Origin: Mobula hypostoma
Lineage: Eukaryota
Direction: 5' to 3'
Length of the DNA stretch: 64,000 nt
NCBI RefSeq assembly: GCF_963921235.1
Contig: NC_086097.1
Span: 206,772,001 to 206,836,000 of the forward strand
Position 1 is the stretch's first letter; the number at the start of each line of letters is the position of its first letter. The notes beneath the pieces are model-generated. The model was not told where the DNA came from, did no database searches, and saw nothing but the letters and a program-made list of their open reading frames with translations. Shown here piece after piece: positions 52,885 to 64,000 of the stretch. A program made the translations under genes and the position numbers.

Positions 52885-53525
52885 TGTAGTGGCCGGGTCA
52901 CACCTTTACTGTTATGCTGTAGGCATTTCATTTAGCAGCTCTGTAAGAGATGTTTGTTCTGCTTTCAGCCTGTTGGGGTTATTGTTGAAGATTAGGGATG
53001 ATGTGGAATGTGTGGCATCCAATTAGCAGGAGGTTTTTCTTGGGGAGGGACAATAAGGTTGATCTTGTGCTTTTGTTCGAGAGGAGATGAAGAGAGGAGA
53101 TGCTGGGAAGAACCGGCTGCAGCATAGGATCTGGTGGGAGACCCATTTGTTCGAGATAGATTGCGAGCGATGTTCGAAAGGCGCTGTGTGCTTTCACATT
53201 GACCAAAGCCCCAGCACGTGAGTGACAGAGAAGTTCAAGATGACCTCCAACTTGTGCACATTTGACCGTTTAATTAGAATGGACCCTTTTTTTGTTATTC
53301 TTTACTAACCCTTTAGTTAAGTTTCATAAATATAATTCCTTTAATCATATGCAGTGTGCTGTCTGTTATTTCGTGACATTAATTTGTAACAGGGCAGCAA
53401 ATTGCACAGCATCCACACAAACAGGGGGTTGGGGGGGGGGGGCTTGCTCCTCAGTCTCACACATTCAGCGGGGCCAGAGAATGTCTTCCCTAGACTTATG
53501 CAGCGGAGGAAACCAGAGTGTTTCA
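52885..53525 (+). mobile_element. Solo LTR with 4-bp TSD
   Basis: TGTAGT...GTTTCA. CAGC at 52881-52884 and 53526-53529. Homologous to 15341-16007. Confidence 0.82.
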
Positions 53526-53719
53526 CAGCAATATAGTAAAGGAAATGAAATCTTTTAGAACTAGCATTACATATTGTGAAACAATGGTGCATTCACAAGG
53601 AGCTGGTTGTCCTGTACACAAATCATTGAGAGTTAATAAGCAGTCACAGAGCGTAATCAGAAGTCCACCTAGCATATTGTCCTTTAGTTAAAGAGAAAAA
53701 AAAAACCATCTCAATCTAG

Positions 53720-54240
53720 TTAATAGTAGAAGAGATTCTGCAGAAGCCAGAAATCCAGAGTAACGTACACAAAATGCTATAGGATCTCAGCGTGTCATCA
53801 GCATTTGTAGAAATGAATAAAGCAGGGACCATTCATCAGGGACGGAAAAGAAAGGGGAAGAAGCTAGAAATAGAAGATGGGGGAAGTGAAGGAGTACAAG
53901 CTCAAAGGTGATAGGTAAAACAAGGTGGGTGAGAGAGGGGATGAATTAAGAAGCTCAGAGGTGATAGGTGGAAAAGATAAAGGTCTGAAGAAGGAGGAAT
54001 CTGATAGGAGAGGAGAGTGGACCAGGGAGAATGGGAAAGATGAGGGGCACCAGGGAGAGGTGATAGGCAGGTGAGGAGAAGAGAAGAGATAACAGGAAAT
54101 CCAGGGTGGGGAATGGAAGAAGGGGAGAGGGAAATATTACTGAATGTTAGAGAAATGTTATTCATGCCATCAGATTGGAAGCTATTCAGAAGAAATATGC
54201 GATGTTGCTCCTCTAGCCTAAGTGTGTTATGAAGGCCAGC
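53720..54240 (-). mobile_element. Penelope 3' terminal relic
   Basis: Degenerate copy of 57270-57800. Confidence 0.6.
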
Positions 54241-55288
54241 GTGGAAATGTGATATTCTTCACGGCTGTGTGAAATCCACAGAAACATTCCGTGCCAGTTT
54301 GGGTCCGTGTAGGGAGAGCTTCTTCGTTCATTTTAATTGACAGGAATGCCTATGTAGGGCTTTAAAAGGTATTAGATAAAACTAGGCTTCTGCTTCTTTC
54401 TACTTTTCCATCATTTTAATTTTCATCATGTTCCCAACATGACCTCTGTTGTTTGTCACTCCGCTGTTCCAATAAGGCCCAATGGAAGTCTATTAGCTTT
54501 CCATTAACACGTTTGAAATAGAAACTTCTAATGAAAGTTCATTGAGCTGTTAAATTCTCTCCTTCTTTTCAGATGTCTTTTTGGGGATTCTGAATACTTC
54601 CAGCATTCTCATCTCTCAGAATTCCAGCAGCTCCAGTGATTTGTATCTCATAGTCTCAGCAAAGTTTTCTTTTCCTTCTTCCTCTGCTCTCATTCATTTC
54701 CTTTAAGCTATGTCTCCTTCTGGTAGAGCAGCTGTGATTAACAAGCATTTGCCATCCTCTCTCCTCTGACACTATCAGTGAAAATGCCATTCAGGATCAT
54801 TATCTCCATCTTAATCCAAGCGTTCTCTTTAATCTCTCCATTTGGCTCTTCTTTACAACTTTAAATCATGTCCGATTTCAAAAGCCATCATTAACTTTAT
54901 TTTTCTCTCCACAAGTGCTGGGTCATTTATTGAGTATTTCCTGCATTTTCTGTTTATTTCAGATGTCTAACAACCTCATTTTTAACTTGTCAATTAACTA
55001 ATATAGATTTTTCAAAATTTTTGAGTGTTAAGAATTTAGTTGTTATTTTAAGTGCTTTAGTTCTATTTTTAATTTCAAAGTTTTTGAGATTTTAATAAAC
55101 TTTGTTTTGATTTTTGAGTTAAACATTCAGTTCTAGCATGTCTTTAGCGGCTGTTGAAGTTATTTTCAAATCTTTTCTGATTTTCTGGCTCTCTCCCCTC
55201 AACAGTTATCATTCAAATCACCTGAGGTAAATTGTAGTCATTGAGAAACAGTGGTGAGGGCAAATAGTTCATTGCTAGCCTGTTAAGT

Positions 55289-55485
55289 CAAAGCAACACA
55301 CACAAAATGCTGGACGAACTCAACAGGCCAGGCAGCATCTATGAAAAAAGTATAGTTAATATTTTGGGCTGAGACCCTAAAATGTTGACTGTACTCTTTT
55401 CCATAGTTGCTGCCTGGCCTACTGAGTTCTTCCAGCATATTGTGCATGTTGCTTGGATTTCAAGCATCTGCAGATTTTCTCTTGC
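55289..55485. repeat. Fold-back made of two inverted Penelope termini
   Basis: GCAACACACACAAAATGCTGG...CAGCATCTATG is mirrored by CATAGTTGCTG...CCAGCATATTGTGCATGTTGC. Confidence 0.75.
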
Positions 55486-56294
55486 TTCTATAAGTCAAAG
55501 GTGGTTTTGAAGGTAGAGAAAACAGTTTGTGTGACTTCAGTGTGGAAAATTGTGCAAAATGCCCTAAAACATGAAGGCAATTATTGCTTTACACATTTCT
55601 CTTGGCAAATAAAGGCATTTCTGATTGGAAGTGTTATCTGATTTGGTAGAAAATGACAACCAGAAATTAGTTAATTATTCATTAACTTCATTACCTAAAT
55701 GTGATATATTACTGTGGAAAACATATCACATCTACCCACTGAGTGTTTGCATTATTTGTAGGAGTGTTTAATTATTCAGCAATGCAGTAGGTTCTGGAAC
55801 CAAAACCACCTGGGAATGATATTAGCCAGAGTAAAAGTAATGTTTTTAACTGAAAACATCTCAAAATTAGCTTAAAACCTTGCTTCTGTGCAGTCCAAAT
55901 GGATTTTGTAAATATTAATAGTATTAGTCATAATTACTTTGAAAATTGCAGCTGGAAATAAAACTATTCTCACCAATGAGTGGATTTTAAGCTATTACAG
56001 TGTGGAGAGCAAATTCCATCATGAATTATTCAAATAATGGATCAAACATGAGTACATAAAGTTCTAACAAACCTCTTGTACCAAAATACTTAATTTTATT
56101 TGATCTAGAAAGTCTATTATTCATATCAATTTATCATACAATATACAAATAAATTTCATTGAAGATTTAGCATTAACGTCAGGAAATTCTTCACATATTA
56201 GAAAGATTATGGGCTTGAAATTACATTTTGAATCAATTGTTTTTTACTTACACACCCGGCAAAAGCTGAATATTCCCAAGTATAGGCTGACTAG

Positions 56295-56466
56295 GTACAA
56301 TCCAGCCCAGCGAAGTGATGTCTACCCTCATCTGCTTGGTACGGTTGAGTTGCTCAGAGGCGCTAGAAGTGCAAGCTTCCTCAGATTTCCCAGTACCTCA
56401 ACCAGGAAATCTGCCTGAAAACCTATAGACCTTTGGGAAGAAATTGCTGAACACTTTCCATGAAAT
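56295..56466 (+). pseudogene. Exon-like segment of a decayed host gene
   Basis: Reads (G)TIQPSEVMSTLICLVRLSCSEALEVQAS...NL*TFGKKLLNTFHE with one TAG. GTAAGT donor; weak acceptor. Confidence 0.35.
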
Positions 56467-57363
56467 GTAAGTCATTTTAATTTCCATTTGAACTAATTGC
56501 TTTTAAGTATGTGGAGTGTTTTCATGTTATTGCTGTTTTTATTAATTTTCATTCTAATTATACTTTCACAGAGCTTGAGTAGCTTTGAGTGATTATCAAT
56601 GCAAAAGACTTTCATCCACCATTTTGTTTAAATGAAAGTTTTGAAAGTTATGTATCTTGGAGTTGGCTTTTCTGATGGCCAGGCGCTTTCTGAGAGAAAA
56701 GGTGTATTCTAAGGGCTCGGATGTCAACCAAAAACCCCTATGTTGTCAGTGTGGAAAATCGGGCCTGGTCAGCAACATCCAAAACACAAGTAAAGTCTTT
56801 GGCAGTCTAGCACTTGGAGATATTCAATTCAGAAATATACATCCCGAAGCCAGGTTGGCCACCTGTCCCTCTCCGGCTTGCCATTAAAGTGGATTGACTT
56901 GTGAGGCATAATGATTGTGTTTGAGAAATTTATCCGCTTCCTGACCTTGATCTCAACCCCATCACTGCTTCCTCTTCCAACATGTACCTGCTTATCATCA
57001 ATAAAGTAAATTCAATTTTATGTTGCATCTTTCCTCCTCCTCGTACAAATATCTAGCAGGTCAATGTAGCTTCATTATGTTTGGTATTTATCCAATATTT
57101 TCCATTTTTAATCTTTTGATATGACCTGACTATTCCTAACCTACAAACTATAGTGAGAAATTTTCTGCATTTTTCCTTTACCTCAGGCCTTCAAACAATA
57201 CCTTAAGTTTATTTTAATATTAATTCATCCCATTTTTAGGTTTTAGATATAATACTGTAGTCAGTAAACAACAGGAATTCTGCAGATGCTGGAAATTCAA
57301 GCAACATACATCAAAGTTGCTGGTGAACGCAGCAGGCCAGGCAGCATCTATAGGAAGAGGCGC

Positions 57364-57399
57364 AGTCGACGTTTCAGGCCGAGACCCTTCGTCAGGACT
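57364..57399 (-). ncRNA. Minimal type-I hammerhead ribozyme motif
   Basis: Minus strand AGUC-CUGACGA-AGGGUCUCGGCCU-GAAAC-GUC-GACU: both core boxes, stem I, stem II and a GUC cleavage triplet. Confidence 0.8.
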
Positions 57400-57700
57400 A
57401 ACTGAAGGAAGGGTGAGTAAGGGATTTGAAAGCTGGAGGGGGAGGGGGAGATGCAAAATGATAGGAGAAGACAGGAGGGGGAGGGATGGAGCCGAGAGCT
57501 GGACAGGTGATAGGCAGAAGGGGATACGAGAGGATCATGGGACAGGAGGTCCGGGAAGAAAGACGGGGGGGGGGTGACCCAGAGGATGGGCAAGAGGTAT
57601 ATTCAGAGGGACAGAGGGACAGAGGGAGAAAAAGGAGAGTGAGAGAAAGAATGTGTGCATAAAAAAGAGTAACAGATGGGGTACGAGGGGGAGGTGGGGC

Positions 57701-58162
57701 CTAGCGGAAGTTAGAGAAGTCAATGTTCATGCCATCAGGTTGGAGGCTACCCATACGGAATATAAGGTGTTGTTCCTCCAACCTGAGTGTGGCTTCATCT
57801 TTACAGTAGAGGAGGCCGTGGATAGACATGTCAGAATGGGAATGGGATGTGGAATTAAAATGTGTGGCCACTGGGAGATCCTGCTTTCTCTGGCGGACAG
57901 AGCGTAGATGTTCAGCAAAGCGGTCTCCCAGTCTGCGTCGGGTCTCACCAATATATAAAAGGCCACATCGGGAGCACCGGACGCAGTATATCACCCCAGT
58001 CGACTCACAGGTGAAGTGATGCCTCACCTGGAAGGACTGTTTGGGGCCCTGAATGGTGGTAAGGGAGGAAGTGTAAGGGCATGTGTAGCACTTGTTCCGC
58101 TTACACGGATAAGTGCCAGGAGGGAGATCAGTGGGGAGGGATGGGGGGGGACGAATGGACAA
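57701..58162 (-). CDS. Penelope GIY-YIG endonuclease domain (C-terminal fragment)
   Basis: CKRNKCYTC Zn motif, GVIYCVRCSRCGLLYIGETRRRLGDRFAEH, E..LI and PDGMN. Confidence 0.88.
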   Translation of the reverse strand: MSIRPPPSLPTDLPPGTYPCKRNKCYTCPYTSSLTTIQGPKQSFQVRHHFTCESTGVIYCVRCSRCGLLYIGETRRRLGDRFAEHLRSVRQRKQDLPVATHFNSTSHSHSDMSIHGLLYCKDEATLRLEEQHLIFRMGSLQPDGMNIDFSNFR

Positions 58163-58689
58163 GGGAGTTGTGTAGGGAGCGATCCCTGCGGAATGCAGAG
58201 AGGGGGGGGAGGGAAAGATGTGCTTAGTGGTGGGATCCCGTTGGAGGTGGCGGAAGTTACGGAGAATAATATGTTGGACCCGGAGGCTGGTGGGGTGGTA
58301 GGTGAGGACCAGGGGAACCCTATTCCTAGTGGGGTGGTGGGAGGATGGAGTGAGAGCAGATGTACGTGAAATGGAGGAGATGCGTTTAAGAGCAGAGTTG
58401 ATAAGTCAGTATCATCATTTTAAGAATTTTTCACATGTCTGAATCATTCCCGACTGTGAGATGGAGCACTGCTTTGTTAAATGATTCAAATGAAGGAATT
58501 AAGAGTCAAGCTACCAAAATGAAGTAGAAGGGCCTCAGAATTAAAAAGAACCTGCTGATACTTTAGACCTTGGTGGAAATGATATTTCTATACATATACA
58601 CAATAAGCCCCTATCATTGAGGTAAGGTCAAAAAATATGTTCTCCATTGGACACACAAGAAGGATACATTGCATACTCTGGAGATCTCA

Positions 58690-59760
58690 GGTGATGCATT
58701 TAAAAAGTGCTGGAGGACCTTACCAGGTTAAGCAGCACCTACGGGAGGGGGGTGCAGAAGTGAACAGTCTTGGGCCAAAATCTTTCATCAGGACTGGAAA
58801 GAAAGAGGACAGAAGCCAGGATAAACATTAGTGGGAGAGAAGAGAGGAAACGTCAACTCAGACCATGAGAGGCCTGCGTCGGGCATTTTCATGCCTTACA
58901 AGGCGCAGATTGGAAGTCTGTGTGGGGCGCCGCTCCTCGCACAGACTAAAGCAATGTGTGATTAAGTGCCTTGCTCAAGGGTACAAACATGCTGCCACAG
59001 CTGTGGCTCGAACTAGCGACCTTGAGATAACCAGACGAATGCCTTAACCACTTGGCCATGTGCCCAACACTAATGGGAGGGAGAGGAGCATAAGCTGGGA
59101 TGTGCTGGGTGAATCCGGGTTAGAGGGGGAAGAGAGCTGGGTGGAGGAGAGAAGGGATGATGTGAGAAGTTGCGAGGTGAAAGAAGTTGTATGGAACCAG
59201 ACAAAGAATGGTGTGGAAGATGGGCAGGTTGTAAGGGAGGGGGAGAGGAAAGTAAAGGGGTAATGGTGTCAAAAGAATAAGGGAAAACATAGTGTGTAGT
59301 GGTCACTCAGAGAGTTGTTACTGGAAGCTGGAGAAATCAATCTTGATGCCATCAATTTGGAGGTTACCAAGAGGTGTTGTTCCTCAACCTGCATCTAACC
59401 TCATCTTGGGGGCAGACCATGAACAGACATGTCAATGTGGGAAGCAATGAAAAGCGGAATTAAAATGTGGCCTGTGAGAGATCCTGCCTGGTATGGGTCT
59501 CCCTGATGTAGAAGAAACTTTGAATGCAAGAAATGACACTGGTGAATTCACATGTAAAGGACCACTTCAGCCAGAAGAACTATTTTGGCCCTGAATTGTG
59601 TGAGAGAGTAGGTGTAAAATTTGGGATGGTTGTAGGGATAAGTGCAAGGAGAAAGATCCGTGGGACAGGACAAGATGACAAGTGTTATGGGGAGATTGAT
59701 CCTTGTGGATGGCGGAGAGGGAAAGATGTGCTTGGATTGTGTGATCCCATTGGAAATGGC
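58690..59760 (-). mobile_element. Older Penelope relic
   Basis: Degenerate homology to 57270-58270. Confidence 0.6.
58847..59069 (-). mobile_element. tRNA-headed SINE with CORE-like block
   Basis: Minus strand A box TGGCCAAGTGG and B box GTTCGAGCC, then CCCTTGAGCAAGGCACTTAA. Confidence 0.7.
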
Positions 59761-60019
59761 AGGAGTTGCAGAGAATTATAGGATTTTGTTAACATGGAAA
59801 AGAAATTCTATGGTTGGTAAAATATTACTGGACAGGTTATGAAAATATTGTGCATTGGCCCAAATGTTCCCTTCAACAGAACTAAGGTGAATGTGCACCA
59901 TGACTTCTGCAATCTAGCAAATTCCAAGCCAAGATTAAAGAACATATCTGTCCTATTTAGTGCGGCATGCCTTTTTAATTTGCTCAGAGGAAGTGGGCTT
60001 TGCATGCTGAGAGAGTTTT

Positions 60020-61140
60020 CAATTGCCAGTGCCCAGTTACCCTTGAGAAGGTGGCAGTGAGCTGTTTTTTTGGGTTGCTGCAGTCCTTGAGTTGTAGGTA
60101 TATCCACAATTCTGTGAGGAAGAGGGAGTTCCAGTGTTTTAACCCATGACAGTGAAGGAACAGTGATATGTTTCTAGTCAGGACGGTGTGAGGTTTGGAG
60201 GACAATTTCCAGGTAGCAGTTTTCTCAAGGTTTCACTACTATTGTTGTGGGTTTAGAAGATACTGTTTAAAGAGTCCTAATGAGTTACTGGAATGCATCT
60301 TGTAGATGGTACAAACTGACGCAGTGGTAGCGTGAGTGGCTGTGAATGGATTACCTCTCAAGCGGACTGCTATTCGGCACCATGGTAGCATCACAAGTAG
60401 CGCAACGTATTACCGCTTGGGGTGTTCCAGAGATCAGAGCTCAGTTCTGGCACCATTTTGTAAGGAGTCTCTGTACAGATTCCCCATGGAATCCTTGGCT
60501 TTTCTTCAGGTCCTCCCGTTTCCTCCCACAGTCCAATGATATGCCAGGTGGATTAATTGGTCATTGTAAGTTGTCCCGTGATTGGGTTAGGGTTAATTGG
60601 GTTTGTCAGGTGGTGCTGGGCTGGAAGAGCCTACTCTGCACTGTATCACTAAATAAAATAAAAATGCCCCATATGGTGGCAAAACTCTTGCCGTAAATGT
60701 TGTTGAAGCTGCACTCATCCAAGGAAGAGAAGAGTCTTTTCTCATAGTTCTGACAGGCCTTGTGGATGGTGGATAGTCTTTGGAGAATTAGGGGGTGGAT
60801 TACTTGCCACAGGAATCCAAGCCTCTGACCTGTTCTTGCAGTCACATTGTGTAATTATCTATGCCAGCTCAGTTGTCATTGATACCTGCCAAGATATTGA
60901 TAGTGGGGGATTCAGTGATGGTAATGAGATTGAATGTCAGAGGCTGATAGCTGGATTTTCTCTTGTTGGATACTGTCATATCTGGCAGTTTGATGTGAAT
61001 GTTACTTGCCACATCAGCCCTGGCATGAATGTCATCCAGATCATTCTGCATTTGAATATGCACTGCTTCATTATCTAAGGAGCTGCAAAGAGTGCAGTAC
61101 ATTCTGCAATCATCAGCAAACATACCTACTTTATGTTTGT
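60020..61140 (-). mobile_element. Old CR1/L2-type LINE relics, split by a V-SINE at about 60376-60660
   Basis: Minus-strand KVGMFADDCRMY and TINILAG. The SINE core matches 7119-7428. Confidence 0.6.
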
Positions 61141-61687
61141 CAGTGCTAGGCATGGATTTAGGATTTGGTTTGCCAAGTATTCTGATTTTGCACAACCATG
61201 TGATTACCTAGGGAAATATATAATATGCTTAACTATAAATGCATGACCAATTTTAATATAATTCAAATAAAAGATCCATGCATGGAATTTCAGATGCAAA
61301 GCACATTTCTTTTCAAAGCTATGCATCCATCAAATCACGTTTCTGGAATGGAAGTTAATTACTAGCACGATCAGATCAAACTGAACCACTCTGTAATCCC
61401 AACCTGGCACTTTCATCATGTTTTCACCTAAAGTAATTTCCATGTTAGCTGTTCATTGCCTTGGAAATTTAGAAAGGGAAACCAACACATGTCAAAGCAA
61501 ATATTCTTCATATCCCCTCCAGACAGATGTACCAGTGCAGGCTAGAAAGCTTGCAACTGAACTTGATCCTGGAAACTAGTCAGATATTATTACTTCCCTC
61601 CAAGATAAACTTTCCTACCATTAAAGTGTGGAGATTAGCATTAGATTACTGGAACAAGGGAGCTCAGAATTCCTCCTTTATTCTGTA

Positions 61688-62421
61688 AATAAACTTTATG
61701 CATAAGAAATATGTACAAGAAATCTAAAAACAGTGCATGGCTTTCTTTAAATTCATACGTTATGTTCAGTCTCTACAGCCATAGTTTTATTGGGTTTATA
61801 CATTTGTCATGTTGGCTGGCACATTCTATGTACAGGGCACCTTTGTATGATACACACTTGGCGTTTGAGAAGCTTTTACACAGGGTTTAACCACCCCCCA
61901 CCCCTTGTCCAGTGGTGACAAGACCTTGGGCTGCTGTCCTTCCTTAGAGAGTCTTTGTGTTGACTGCACCTGATTCATTTAATCTCTCTGCAGATATTCC
62001 AGCAAACTGAAATGTGCCAGATGGCAAGAATCCCCGAAGGGCATCTTGATACACTCGAGCAATATATTTTGGGCAGATCAAAGTATGCCTTTCATTGAAC
62101 TGATTATCTTCCAGCACACTCCTTAGTATGCATCCCAAGCAACATACCATAGGTCAGAGAGTTTTATTTCACAGCTGCTGGGGACCCAGTAGTGACCCTT
62201 GCATCCTTTCCCAGATCTTCTTTGCAAATCCACAGTCTACACCAAGGTGTTTGATCATTTCAGCCTCATCCCAGCAGTCTCAAAAGCAGCAAATGTTGTG
62301 ATTAAAACACTGACTATGAGGGAAGGATTTGATAGCAAGGGCCCCTCTAACTGCCAGTCATGCAATGTCTTGTTGGTGGATGTTGGCAATGAGCGATTCT
62401 GCCAAATTGCAGGTTTCTAAC
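61688..62421 (-). mobile_element. Tx1 (L1-clade) LINE 3' relic
   Basis: Minus-strand QDIA*LAVRGAL, zinc-knuckle remnant EMIKHLGVDCGFAKKIW, and CWKIISSMKGIL*SAQN..CHLAHFSLLEYLQRD. Candidate TSD TCTGTA at 61682-61687 and 62422-62427. Confidence 0.72.
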
Positions 62422-62935
62422 TCTGTAGAGAAACATCATTTGTGTTGTTACCTTTGATCTAGTTGTTTCTTATACTCACCCAGCCACACATTTAATTTGG
62501 TGTGGATACAACCTGAATCTTTTTGGCATTATGCATTTTTTAAAAAACTCTCATGATTTTGTTTTGACACACAAAGATAATGTGTTCACAAATGGTATGT
62601 GAACCTAATGCATGTTATCATAGTGCCTGAATGAAAGTTTTGATTCACAATATAATGTCACGGGGTTGATATGTATCTAAAGCAGCTGTATGGAACACAG
62701 AAAGAAAACTGGATGAGGTAAATCACATGCTTATGCCTAAGCCTGCCTTGCTTTCCTTCAGAAATGTTCTTCTCAACCTAATTTACCTCCATGCAATCAA
62801 CAGAGCAAGTTCTACTTGCATATGTCAGTTCTTTCAGGTACTATTTTAATCTCAATTGCTGCATAAGTGACATGAACAAATCTGATTTACTATTACAAGT
62901 AGATAAAGATCACTGGAAGAAAATCAGATGGATGA

Positions 62936-62939
<4 letters not shown>

Positions 62940-62969
<30 letters not shown>
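62940..62969. repeat. (AT)n microsatellite
   Basis: Directly visible. Confidence 0.95.
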
Positions 62970-62973
<4 letters not shown>

Positions 62974-63530
62974 CATGAGATATCTTTCCCAGATTTTAAA
63001 TTCTGCACAAACACTGGTAAGTACTGTTTTGCCTGAGACATACTGCAGGTGTAGCTGTTGCACAGTTTGTTTGTTTCCTCTTGTGGAGCTTGATAATTAG
63101 TTTATTTTTGTTCTTCTATCACTGAAAGCATGTTCTTGATTTCGTGTGATATTTGTTTTTTTATAACACACATCAACTCTTTCTCAGGTTGAAAATTGCT
63201 AAAATGTTAACAAAAGATTCCACCCTTCTATGTATTTTTATAAGCACATAAAATCTTGTTTACATTGCTAAAACATTACTTACTGCATAATTAACAAATA
63301 CTTAGAGATCTTGTATTACACAATAATTAAAGTTTGATAATTAATCAATGGCCTACTTTGCAGTGCGCACAAACTTTACTCCAAATTCCATTCTGGGAAT
63401 TGGGTCAAATCTTCATTCTTTATTTGTATACCTTTATTACAAAGACAAACCAAGGAAGTTTGCCCAATACCATTCAACCCCACAGAAGACCTGCCCATTC
63501 TGAGCTGGCCCACATTTTCCTTTTATTTAG

Positions 63531-63774
63531 GATTACAGAATGAAAGGGTAATCAAATCTTTGATTACCAAAGGGATGAGTATATTTTCAACAATTGACTC
63601 TGAGGAGAGTATGGTTTTAGGTGCAATTCTTCTTCTGTCTTTCCTCACTTTGAAGCAGGGAGATGCCTCCCAATTGTTCATCTTGGTCAACAAAAAAGAT
63701 GTCATCAAGACACAATTATGCAGACTTCTCTGCTGTTATACTAAAGATCCTGAACTCGACAATGTATGGACATG
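63531..63774 (+). CDS. Probable host-gene exon, open frame, amphipathic helical (HEAT/ARM-like) character
   Basis: TTTTCCTTTTATTTAG acceptor, 80 open codons LQNERVIKSLITKG...DNVWT, TG|GTCAGT donor. No TE motif recognised. Confidence 0.55.
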
Positions 63775-64000
63775 GTCAGTTTTTCTGTGAAGCAAGCTTA
63801 GTGAAAGGTTGAGGTTCAAACATCAAAGTGATATTACACCAGCATTGGCAAGTAGAAGAGCTGTTATTGAAAACCCAATGTAATGTTTTCAGAAAAAGAT
63901 ATATTTTTTTAATTTATTGATATGTATCACAGAATAAGCCCTTCTGGTCTTTTGTGCTGCACTACCCAGCAACCTCTGATTTAACCCCAGTCTAATCACA

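Larger units (their letters stand above)
57267..58402 (-). mobile_element. Young 5'-truncated Penelope-like element
   Basis: Open GIY-YIG ORF plus a 3' terminal repeat with hammerhead motif. Confidence 0.92.

Noticed and set aside
56252..56414. Minus-strand exon (TTTTCAG...GTAAGT)
   Set aside because: Stops in all three frames and no partner exons on that strand.
58990..59069. tRNA gene
   Set aside because: A/B boxes are present, but there is no complete cloverleaf and it runs directly into SINE body sequence.
61944..62420. ORFs 61944-62150 and 62199-62420 as host exons
   Set aside because: Another minus-strand frame gives Tx1 ORF2 C-terminal motifs.

Overview
Eukaryotic, repeat-dense vertebrate DNA. 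The CR1/Penelope/Rex1/V-SINE content suggests a cartilaginous fish such as a ray or shark; this is inference only. No prokaryotic genes, rRNA, true tRNA or CRISPR were seen. Most of the window is decayed transposable elements: five long CR1 LINEs (three with an SGNH-esterase ORF1), several Rex1/Babar LINEs, Penelope-like elements (RT + GIY-YIG), a Tx1 relic, V-SINEs, a tRNA-headed CORE-like SINE, Tc1 relics and three solo LTRs with intact target-site duplications (TSDs). Highlights: (1) minimal type-I hammerhead ribozyme motifs in the Penelope termini, best at 57364-57399; (2) an 8.3-kb TSD-bounded Gypsy element whose pol is replaced by a BEL/Pao gag-pol; (3) a chain of plus-strand, largely phase-compatible AG/GT-bounded exon-like segments with single stops, frameshifts and intra-exonic TE insertions, probably a decayed multi-exon host gene of helical-repeat type; (4) a composite Tc1-type mini-transposon present twice; (5) a three-level Penelope>CR1>Rex1 nest. 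All calls are by eye and no database searches were run.
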